64,000 nucleotides of DNA from the NCBI GenBank assembly GCA_016870975.1, contig VGAE01000001.1, positions 69,637 to 133,636 of the forward strand, written 5' to 3'. The position numbers and the translations under genes were made by a program. The notes under the pieces were generated by a model. That model had not been told where the DNA came from. It did not search any database and saw only the letters and a program-made list of their open reading frames with translations. Source of the stretch: Actinomycetota bacterium. GTDB lineage: Bacteria > Actinomycetota > Actinomycetes > Nanopelagicales > Nanopelagicaceae. Every line of letters begins with the position of its first letter. Position 1 is the stretch's first letter. Positions 56,844 through 64,000 of this stretch are shown piece after piece.

Positions 56844-57953
56844 ATGACGACCAAGAAACTGGGCGCCGGAGTCACTCGAACTGACCGAAAATTGATGGAT
56901 GGTAGAACTATCCGTTATTACGATACTAACGGCCAGAAACGTGAAGTGATTGACCAACGTAACCCAGAAACTCAACCTGGAATCGGCGAATTACGTCTCG
57001 ATGTTCAGACAAATGAATGGGTGGTAATTGCAGCCCATCGACAAGATCGGGTATTTCTCCCGCCAAAAGAGTTAAATCCACTAACTGCATCAAGTCCAGG
57101 TAACTTAACTGAGATTCCCGAATCGGATTATGAAGTGGTGGTCTTTGATAACCGATCTCCCTCGTTGCGACAACCCGAAAGAGAATTAAAGCTTCCCAGA
57201 AATCTTGATTTTGCTACGCCAACTTTTCCGGCAGCGGGCAAATGCGAAGTAGTTTGCTTCACCTCTGATTATGAATCTTCATTTAAGGATTTAACAGATC
57301 GCCAGATTCGGACGGTGCTAGAGGCCTGGCGAGATCGAGTCGCTGAACTTTCTTCAGAAACTTATATCGAATACATCGCGCCATTTGAAAACAGAGGTGA
57401 GGAAGTTGGCGTCACTTTGTCTCATCCTCATGGACAGATTTACGCATACCCATATCTGCCCCCAAGAACTGAACGAATGCTGCAGGTCGCAAAATCCCAC
57501 AGAGAGAGAACTGGTCGCGTTCTTCAGAGTGATCTCTTGGAAAGAGAGATCAAGGATGGCGTTCGCATCGTTTCCGAAAATTCAGAATGGATCGCCTTTG
57601 TGCCATTTGCTGCTAGATATCCCTTCGAAATACATGTTCTGCCAAAACGATCCGTACCAGATTTAGTAGCTTTGGATCAAACAGCTTGCGACGCCTTTAC
57701 GCCAATCGCAAGAGAAGTACTCTCAAAATTGGATTCTGTATTTGATATGAAAATGGCATATATCGCAGCTTGGCATCAAGCACCAGTTCGAGTTGGACGT
57801 GAGTACCTACAGCTTCACTGGCAAATAACGAGTGTGCGCCGAGCGCCTGGAAAATTAAAATATCTTGCAGGCTCTGAATCAGCTTTTGGTTCGTTCATGA
57901 TGGATCTAGCTCCGGAGCAATCAGCTAACTTATTGCGCGATGCAAAAATATAG
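56844..57953 (+). CDS. galT: Galactose-1-phosphate uridylyltransferase
   Basis: Active site SHPHGQIYAYPY. ATG 56844 is preferred over GTG 56811. Its stop abuts the galK ATG. Confidence 0.9.
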   Translation: MTTKKLGAGVTRTDRKLMDGRTIRYYDTNGQKREVIDQRNPETQPGIGELRLDVQTNEWVVIAAHRQDRVFLPPKELNPLTASSPGNLTEIPESDYEVVVFDNRSPSLRQPERELKLPRNLDFATPTFPAAGKCEVVCFTSDYESSFKDLTDRQIRTVLEAWRDRVAELSSETYIEYIAPFENRGEEVGVTLSHPHGQIYAYPYLPPRTERMLQVAKSHRERTGRVLQSDLLEREIKDGVRIVSENSEWIAFVPFAARYPFEIHVLPKRSVPDLVALDQTACDAFTPIAREVLSKLDSVFDMKMAYIAAWHQAPVRVGREYLQLHWQITSVRRAPGKLKYLAGSESAFGSFMMDLAPEQSANLLRDAKI

Positions 57954-59090
57954 ATGAGCATCTCTGAAGATTTTTCTCTTTTATTTAATTATTCGCCTGA
58001 TCTAGTCTCAGCTGCGCCTGGTAGAGTGAATCTAATTGGCGAACATGTCGACTACAACCAAGGCTTGGTGCTTCCATTCGCCATTGACTCAGTAACAAAC
58101 TGCGCACTTCGGCTACGAGATGATGCAAAGATCTTAATTTCATCTAAGCAGTTGAATTCTGGAATTTATGAGACTAAATCTTCAGATATAGTTCCCAAAA
58201 CCGGACCAGATTGGACGAGATACATACTTGGAGTTCTCTGGAGCCTTGGAATTGATCGCGGGGTAGAGATTCTTGTTGATAGTGAAGTTCCACAAGGCGC
58301 CGGACTCTCTTCTTCTGCAGCCCTGGAATGTAGCGTCGCCTTTGCTCTTAACGAGGCGTTGCAGTTAGGCTTAAGCAGAATTGACTTAGTTCGCTTAACC
58401 CAACGCGCAGAGAATGATTTTGTTGGAGTTCCCTGCGGCATTATGGATCAAACAATTTCCTTACTTGGAGAAGCGGGCCATGCGATTTTGTTGGATTGCC
58501 GAGATCTCTCTCCGCAACTTATTCCAGTTAACTTCGAAGATAATGGGCTGCGCCTTTTGATTATTGATACCCAGGCTCACCATGCGCTTGTAGATGGTGG
58601 ATATGCCGAGCGGCGAGCACAATGCGAGTCGGTATCAGGAATTTTTAGTCTAGATTCTCTGAGAGATCTTTCTAGAGAGAGGCTAGCTGCTAAAGGTTCG
58701 GAACTAGATTCAAAATTGTATTCAAGAGCTTTGCATGTCGTTACCGAGATTGAACGTGTTAAGAGCGCTGTTTCTTCTCTCCAAAGCAAAGATTTTGTGG
58801 GTTTTGGTGAACTATTAAATGATTCACACAAATCTCTTCGTGACGATTATGAAGTATCTTGCCCAGAGTTAGATTGCGCCGTAAAAATATCTCAGGAAAG
58901 TGGCGCTCTCGGTGCTCGTATGGTTGGCGGCGGCTTTGGCGGAAGCGCAATTGCATTGGTAAAAGATGGCGATATGGGACTAATTGCTAGCTTAGTCGAA
59001 CGGGGCTTTGCGAAGGCTTGCTTTAAATCACCAAGATTTTTTGATGCGGTGCCTAGCGATGGCGCCCGATTAATTGACCGGCGTAACTGA
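57954..59090 (+). CDS. galK: Galactokinase
   Basis: GRVNLIGEHVDYN signature and the GHMP motif PQGAGLSSSAALE. Confidence 0.95.
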   Translation: MSISEDFSLLFNYSPDLVSAAPGRVNLIGEHVDYNQGLVLPFAIDSVTNCALRLRDDAKILISSKQLNSGIYETKSSDIVPKTGPDWTRYILGVLWSLGIDRGVEILVDSEVPQGAGLSSSAALECSVAFALNEALQLGLSRIDLVRLTQRAENDFVGVPCGIMDQTISLLGEAGHAILLDCRDLSPQLIPVNFEDNGLRLLIIDTQAHHALVDGGYAERRAQCESVSGIFSLDSLRDLSRERLAAKGSELDSKLYSRALHVVTEIERVKSAVSSLQSKDFVGFGELLNDSHKSLRDDYEVSCPELDCAVKISQESGALGARMVGGGFGGSAIALVKDGDMGLIASLVERGFAKACFKSPRFFDAVPSDGARLIDRRN

Positions 59091-59309
59091 TATAACTTCT
59101 ACGCCACCGATTGCATTTAAGACATTAACCAAATCTGAAGAATCTGTTCCGGGGAAAGCGACAGTTATATCGTCGATACCTCTTCCACCTTCTGAGGAGA
59201 GAACTACTAATCCGCGAATGTCGCCACCTGCGAAACCAATTGCAGATGCAACCGCGCCAAGAGATCCTGGGCGATCAGGAAGTGCGACTCGAATTCGAAC
59301 CATAGCCAT
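59070..59309 (-). CDS. Stand-alone ACT-domain protein
   Basis: 79 aa. IRVALPDRPGSLGAVASAIGFAGGDI is a typical ACT beta-alpha-beta start. Converges on galK with a 21-nt overlap. Confidence 0.65.
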   Translation of the reverse strand: MAMVRIRVALPDRPGSLGAVASAIGFAGGDIRGLVVLSSEGGRGIDDITVAFPGTDSSDLVNVLNAIGGVEVISVTPVN

Positions 59310-59330
59310 GGCTGGAGTCTAGGTGAAAAG

Positions 59331-59403
59331 CTCCCCGACTTGGACTCGAACCAAGAACCTGCCGGTTAACAGCCGGCTGCTCTGCCAATTGAGCTATCGG
59401 GGA
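59331..59403 (-). tRNA. tRNA-Asn (anticodon GUU)
   Basis: Hand-folded. Acceptor TCCCCGA/TCGGGGA, D-arm AGCTCAATTGGCAGAGC, anticodon stem GCCGG/CCGGC with loop CUGUUAA. No encoded CCA. Conserved position downstream of dnaG. Confidence 0.9.
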
Positions 59404-59416
59404 TTGCGGGCAAACT

Positions 59417-61246
59417 CTAAGTCAAGCCTTCCCCGAATGCCAATTCCCGAAGGGCTCTTCGTCGACTCTCCATATTAACTAATTCCGCAAAAACCTCTCC
59501 GTATTCCTTCTCGTTTTCGACGGGATTCAACCGCTGCAGCTTTGATTTGATTTCGGCGATTGAGCGAGAGAGAGCTACTTCATTAAGTCGCGCAGTAATA
59601 CTTGATATATAGCGATCCGAAATCTCGCCAGTAGTTCGCACTGGTTCAACGGAAAGCTCCATAACAAATGAACGCAAATCATCACTATCTACCGCGCTTA
59701 TATCGATAGCCTCTAAATCTTTTTGACTATCAACAAATGCACGAAGTCGATCATAAGCTGGATGGGAGAAGGCATTTTTTTCAATTTCAGGCCACTGATA
59801 ATTAAGTGCAGGAAATTGAAGACGTACTTTTAAAACTTCTCTTTCTAGAGCTAGCTTGGGTTCGCTTGGATCTGGTCGCCAACTTTGATTTGGCTGAACA
59901 TCTTGCGCAGTGATCTTCCTCGAAGATGACTTCTTTACCGCTGCGCTCACGACTTCTACATCCATACCTAGCCAGCCCGCCAGACTTCTAACGTATTCTG
60001 GGCGAAGTGAAGCATCGCGAATCTTTCCGATAAGAGGTGCGGTCGAATTTAACGCGCTCACTCGCCCCTCCGGTGAGTTCAAATCGAATTTCTTTAACTC
60101 AGTTCTAATTGCAAATTCAAAGAGCGGCACTCTTCGTGCAATGAGATCACGAACCGCGACATCCCCGCCTTTCTGTCGCAATCCGCAGGGGTCAAGTCCA
60201 TTTGGTTCAACTGCTACATATGTTTGCGTGACAAATTTCTGGTCATCGTCAAAAGCTCTCATCGCCGCTTTCTGGCCGGCAGCATCTCCGTCAAAAGTGA
60301 ATATAACTTCACCTCTAAAGGTCTCGTCATCCATCAAAAGTCTTCGCAAAATTCTTATATGGTCATCGCCAAAAGCTGTTCCACAAGTTGCTACTGTAGT
60401 CGTTATTCCAGAGAGATGTGCGGCCATGACATCGGTATAGCCCTCAACAATAACGACCTGTCGCGATTTAGCTATCTCTTTCTTGGCTAGATCTAAACCA
60501 TAGAGAAGTTGACTCTTCTTATATACAGGTGTCTCCGGGGTGTTTAGATATTTAGGGCCAGTATCTTCAGCATCGCTAGCAAGTTTGCGAGCGCCAAATC
60601 CAACGACATCACCAGAAATATCTCGGATAGGCCAAATCAGGCGATTGCGAAAGCGATCAATTGGGCCACGCTGACCTTCTTTAATTAATCCTGCGCTAGT
60701 TAGCTCCTCGATTGAAAAACCCTCGCCTCGTAAAACTCTAGTGAGAGCATCCCATTCATTTGGGGCAAAGCCCACGCCGAAATGCTCAATTGCCCCGCTA
60801 TCGAAACCGCGCTCACTTAAGAATTTACGACCGACTTCAGCTTCTGGAATCTTTAATTGTTCGCGGTAAAAGTTTGCTGCGGCAAGATTTGCAGCGACTA
60901 AACGTGATCTTCTTCCGGCCGGAGCGCTCGTCCCGCTTGAAGCGTCATAGGTAAGTTGATAGCCAAGTCTTTCGGCTAATTTTTCAACAGTCTCGGTAAA
61001 TGAAAGGTGATCCATCTTCATAACAAAAGCAATGACATCGCCACCGGCTTGACATCCGAAGCAGTGATAGAAACCTTTGTTTGGAGTTACATGAAATGAG
61101 GGACTCTTCTCATCATGAAAGGGGCAGAGACCCTTCTTTTGGCCACCTCCAGCATTCTTAAGTTGAACATATTCCCCTACGACATCATCAATTGCAGAGT
61201 GGTCTCTCACATAAGCAACGTCCTTATCGCGAATCCGTCCCGACAT
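59417..61246 (-). CDS. dnaG: DNA primase
   Basis: 609 aa with the zinc finger CPFHDEKSPSFHV...CFGC and TOPRIM (VIVEGYTDV, FDGDAAG). Confidence 0.95.
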   Translation of the reverse strand: MSGRIRDKDVAYVRDHSAIDDVVGEYVQLKNAGGGQKKGLCPFHDEKSPSFHVTPNKGFYHCFGCQAGGDVIAFVMKMDHLSFTETVEKLAERLGYQLTYDASSGTSAPAGRRSRLVAANLAAANFYREQLKIPEAEVGRKFLSERGFDSGAIEHFGVGFAPNEWDALTRVLRGEGFSIEELTSAGLIKEGQRGPIDRFRNRLIWPIRDISGDVVGFGARKLASDAEDTGPKYLNTPETPVYKKSQLLYGLDLAKKEIAKSRQVVIVEGYTDVMAAHLSGITTTVATCGTAFGDDHIRILRRLLMDDETFRGEVIFTFDGDAAGQKAAMRAFDDDQKFVTQTYVAVEPNGLDPCGLRQKGGDVAVRDLIARRVPLFEFAIRTELKKFDLNSPEGRVSALNSTAPLIGKIRDASLRPEYVRSLAGWLGMDVEVVSAAVKKSSSRKITAQDVQPNQSWRPDPSEPKLALEREVLKVRLQFPALNYQWPEIEKNAFSHPAYDRLRAFVDSQKDLEAIDISAVDSDDLRSFVMELSVEPVRTTGEISDRYISSITARLNEVALSRSIAEIKSKLQRLNPVENEKEYGEVFAELVNMESRRRALRELAFGEGLT

Positions 61247-61261
61247 ATCTAAATCCTATTG

Positions 61262-62503
61262 CTATTTAGCGGTTAGCTCTTGGTATAGCGCATAGGCGCC
61301 TGGATCGGTTAATGACGCAACTTGATCGATTATCACGCGCAGCTGTTTCAACTCTGTATCAGCCTCAAACCACTCTTGGAGAAAGAAGCTCTCTAGTGCA
61401 GCCGGTGCTCTTTCCATTAGTAAATCAACTAGTTTCTCTAGTAGTTCTCTCTGCTTTGTATATAGCTCTTGGGATTTTTCAGCCAGGATTATGTAATAAC
61501 CCGCCATAGATTTAAGAATGGCAACCTCGACTTTTTGGGAACGAGGGACAATTAAATCTGCGCTATAGCGAGTCAGATTTCCTGACCCGTACTTATCTCG
61601 AGTTGCACTCTCGGCAGCAACAGCGAAACGACCTATGAGTTCGCTCGTCAAATCTTTTAATTGAGCTAACTGCCGATGGCTTCTATCAAAGCTCTTCGGC
61701 CAACAAGATAAGGATGAAAGTGATGAAAGCGCCTTTTCTGCCTCTTTTTCGGTTAGATCACTTAGGTGCTCAGTCTTTGCGACTTCATAAAGTTTAGGCA
61801 GATCATTTTGAAGATTTGCTAATTCAATATGTCCTGTTACTAAAGCGTCTTCTAAATCATGCACTGAGTAAGCAACATCATCTGACCAATCCATAATCTG
61901 CGCTTCCATGCTTGGCTTATTTCCTGGAGCGCCACTTCTTACCCAGCTAAAAATCTCGACATCGTCCTCATAAACACCAAACTTTCGCGAATTTTCTGCA
62001 GCGCTCCATGGGTACTTAGCTGCCGCATCAAGCGTGGCCCTTGTGAGATTCAATCCGACTGATTTTGCCGACTGATCTACAGTTTTCGCCTCTATTCTTG
62101 TAAGTAACCTAAAACTCTGGGCATTACCTTCAAATCCGCCACAATTTTTTGCGAGTTGAGCGAGCGCATTTTCTCCGTTATGTCCAAATGGCGGATGGCC
62201 TAAATCGTGAGCAAGGCAGGCACCCTCCATTAAGTCAGGATCTGCCCCGAGTGCGGCGCCGAGTTCCCTGCCAACTTGTGCACATTCCAAAGAGTGGGAA
62301 AGTCGCGTTCTAGGAAAATCACTCGCCCACGGAACTGCTACTTGGGTTTTTGCAGCTAAACGCCGTAGCGCAAAAGAATGAATGATTCGGGCTCTATCGC
62401 GAGCAAATTCCGTACGTCCAGCGCGTTTAGCAGGTTCGTCCAGGAAACGATCACGGTCAAATTCAGAATATCCAGGATGCTCTGTTGCATTCATTAGTGC
62501 CAT
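61262..62503 (-). CDS. dgt: dGTP triphosphohydrolase-like HD-domain protein
   Basis: 413 aa with the HD motif AHDLGHPPFGH. Conserved dgt-dnaG order. Confidence 0.9.
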   Translation of the reverse strand: MALMNATEHPGYSEFDRDRFLDEPAKRAGRTEFARDRARIIHSFALRRLAAKTQVAVPWASDFPRTRLSHSLECAQVGRELGAALGADPDLMEGACLAHDLGHPPFGHNGENALAQLAKNCGGFEGNAQSFRLLTRIEAKTVDQSAKSVGLNLTRATLDAAAKYPWSAAENSRKFGVYEDDVEIFSWVRSGAPGNKPSMEAQIMDWSDDVAYSVHDLEDALVTGHIELANLQNDLPKLYEVAKTEHLSDLTEKEAEKALSSLSSLSCWPKSFDRSHRQLAQLKDLTSELIGRFAVAAESATRDKYGSGNLTRYSADLIVPRSQKVEVAILKSMAGYYIILAEKSQELYTKQRELLEKLVDLLMERAPAALESFFLQEWFEADTELKQLRVIIDQVASLTDPGAYALYQELTAK

Positions 62504-62551
62504 AGTTAGTAAGGCTACAGTTCCCCAGGCAATATGGTCACTGATGTGTAT

Positions 62552-63148
62552 TCACCATCTTCCTAGTGTGATGTAAGCAAGATAGGCACCAGCTTCTCTA
62601 ACCAAATATCGAATTCCAGCTTTATCTACACTTGCAATTCCACTTCGCACTGGGGAACAACTAGCCTGAAAACCAAAATCGGCTGCCATCGTCTTCGATC
62701 TTAAACAATGATAGGGATCAGTCACGATGATTATTTTTTTGAATTTCGCTGCATCTACAGTTTTTGCTAGACCTTCAATACTTGTATAACTATCGCGACC
62801 AATTCGAATTGCTGTAATTGATTTTCGTGGAATGCCATTTCTACCTAACCATTCACGGGCAGTCCCAGCTTCCGTAAATCGATCGCCTGGGGCGCCTGCT
62901 CCTAAAGTGAAAAGGCGTTTTGCATAGTCATTTTCATAAATTCGCTTAGCTTCTCGCAATCTGGCTTCCAACACTTCCCCTGGGTGGCCATCTAATTGTG
63001 CAGCTCCCATCACTACAATGGCATCGGCCTTATCTATACTGGTATTTCTCGCATCTAGCCAGGTGCGCGCAAACGCAAAAGTTGGAAATGCAAGAATTAA
63101 AACTAATACGAAAGTAATTAGTTTGGTAAACAATTTAAGAATAAACAT
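62552..63148 (-). CDS. YdcF/DUF218-family protein with N-terminal membrane anchor
   Basis: DUF218-like core (AIVVMGAAQLDG...IIIVTDPYHCLRS). ATG 63148 shares one base with the dus TGA (TGATG). The track ORF extends to 63172. Confidence 0.7.
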   Translation of the reverse strand: MFILKLFTKLITFVLVLILAFPTFAFARTWLDARNTSIDKADAIVVMGAAQLDGHPGEVLEARLREAKRIYENDYAKRLFTLGAGAPGDRFTEAGTAREWLGRNGIPRKSITAIRIGRDSYTSIEGLAKTVDAAKFKKIIIVTDPYHCLRSKTMAADFGFQASCSPVRSGIASVDKAGIRYLVREAGAYLAYITLGRW

Positions 63149-64000
63149 CAACCACCAGAACCAGAATCGCAACCATCGACAGTGGCGAACTCTTCTGGAT
63201 CATCAAGCCAACCTTGCGGTAGCGAAACAGAGCGGCCGTGTGATCGCCTGCCTCGCGGAGCATCTCCAACTTCAGTTGGATAGGGCTGATCTTCTAACTG
63301 AGAGAGCAGATAGTCCAATTCCGCGAGATCTTTTACCATCCCCAATTTCGGTCTGATCTCACCTTCAACTCTAAAACCTTTCAGGTACCAAGCCATATGT
63401 TTTCTCAAATCACGACAGGCACGTTCTTCATTTTTAAAGTAATTCGCCAATAGTTGCGCGTGTCTGCGCAATACTTCCTTCACCTCGAAAAGCGTTGGCG
63501 CCGGTCTAACTCCTTCACCAGAAAAAGCTCGCACTAGATCTCTAAATAACCAAGGTCGACCTAGGCAACCTCTGCCAACAACGACTCCGGCACATCCAGT
63601 CTCGCTCATCATTCGCACTCCATCATCACCTGTCCAAATATCGCCATTTCCCAGGACAGGAACGCCCGTTGATTTTAGGTGCTCTACGAGATTTGCAATC
63701 TTTTGCCAATCAGATTTACCCTCGTACAACTGTTCGGCAGTTCTTGCATGAAGTGCAACCCAGGCGACGCCCAGACGCGCTGCAATCATTCCAGCGTCTA
63801 AATAAGTTTCATGTTCACTATCGATTCCAACTCTCATCTTAACTGTTATTGGGATATCAAACGGCTTGGCAGCGATAACTGCAGCCGAGACCAACGATTC
63901 AAATAGTCGTCGCTTATATGGAAGTGCAGCGCCGCCGCCTTTTCGAGTGACTTTTGGAACTGGACAACCAAAATTCAAATCAATGTGATCAGCAAGTTCT
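63148..64000 (-). CDS. dus: tRNA-dihydrouridine synthase (Dus), N-terminus beyond the window edge
   Basis: IDLNFGCPVPKV, a TIM-barrel FMN region (ALHARTAEQLYEGKSDW, GNGDI) and a helical C-terminal domain. The reading frame stays open to position 64000. Confidence 0.85.
   Translation of the reverse strand, partial: ELADHIDLNFGCPVPKVTRKGGGAALPYKRRLFESLVSAAVIAAKPFDIPITVKMRVGIDSEHETYLDAGMIAARLGVAWVALHARTAEQLYEGKSDWQKIANLVEHLKSTGVPVLGNGDIWTGDDGVRMMSETGCAGVVVGRGCLGRPWLFRDLVRAFSGEGVRPAPTLFEVKEVLRRHAQLLANYFKNEERACRDLRKHMAWYLKGFRVEGEIRPKLGMVKDLAELDYLLSQLEDQPYPTEVGDAPRGRRSHGRSVSLPQGWLDDPEEFATVDGCDSGSGG

Overview
This window is a densely packed housekeeping region of a streamlined, moderate-to-low-GC actinobacterium, and I found no convincing novel multi-gene system. 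The taxon call is an inference. It rests on DUF4193 and DUF3145 proteins, an HU protein with a Lys/Ala-rich tail, gltX followed by tRNA-Gln and tRNA-Glu, dgt-dnaG-tRNA-Asn, and gene order matching Mycobacterium and Streptomyces. A freshwater Nanopelagicales-like lineage is only a guess. From about 80 to 48,600 nearly every gene is on the minus strand, in three conserved blocks. Block 1 is trmD-rimM-KH-rpsP-ffh-glnK-amtB-ftsY-smc-mutM-rnc-rpmF-DUF177-coaD-rsmD-recG, then rpmB on the plus strand, then thiL-ddl-gpsA-plsC-hupB-leuDC, then an IclR gene on the plus strand, then tRNA-Glu/Gln-gltX-FAH. Block 2 is corC-ybeY-phoH-HIT-rsmE-dnaJ-hrcA-DoxX-hemW-lepA-rpsT-holA-(comEC remnant)-leuS-SDR-tRNA-Ala-histidine phosphatase-rsfS-nadD. 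Block 3 is ligA-mnmA-cysteine desulfurase-etfAB. The last 15 kb has mixed strands: a glgX pseudogene, DUF3145, cspA, an M23 peptidase, tRNA(CAU), a small unknown protein, DedA, a secreted GH25 muramidase, divergent glpD/glpK, galT-galK, a small ACT protein, tRNA-Asn, dnaG, dgt, ydcF and a partial dus. Five tRNAs and one ribosomal protein gene missing from the ORF track (rpmF) were found by eye. There is no CRISPR array, transposase, integrase, toxin-antitoxin pair or defence-like gene set. What deserves a second look is modest. There are two gene remnants (comEC, glgX) and an amtB-glnK operon without glnD. There is a candidate GlnR-type direct repeat and an overlapping bidirectional -10 element between the glpD and glpK starts. 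There are also two unannotated or unknown small proteins, a multidomain muramidase next to a tRNA, and tandem palindromes ahead of hupB. All family assignments come from motif recognition and gene context, not from database searches.
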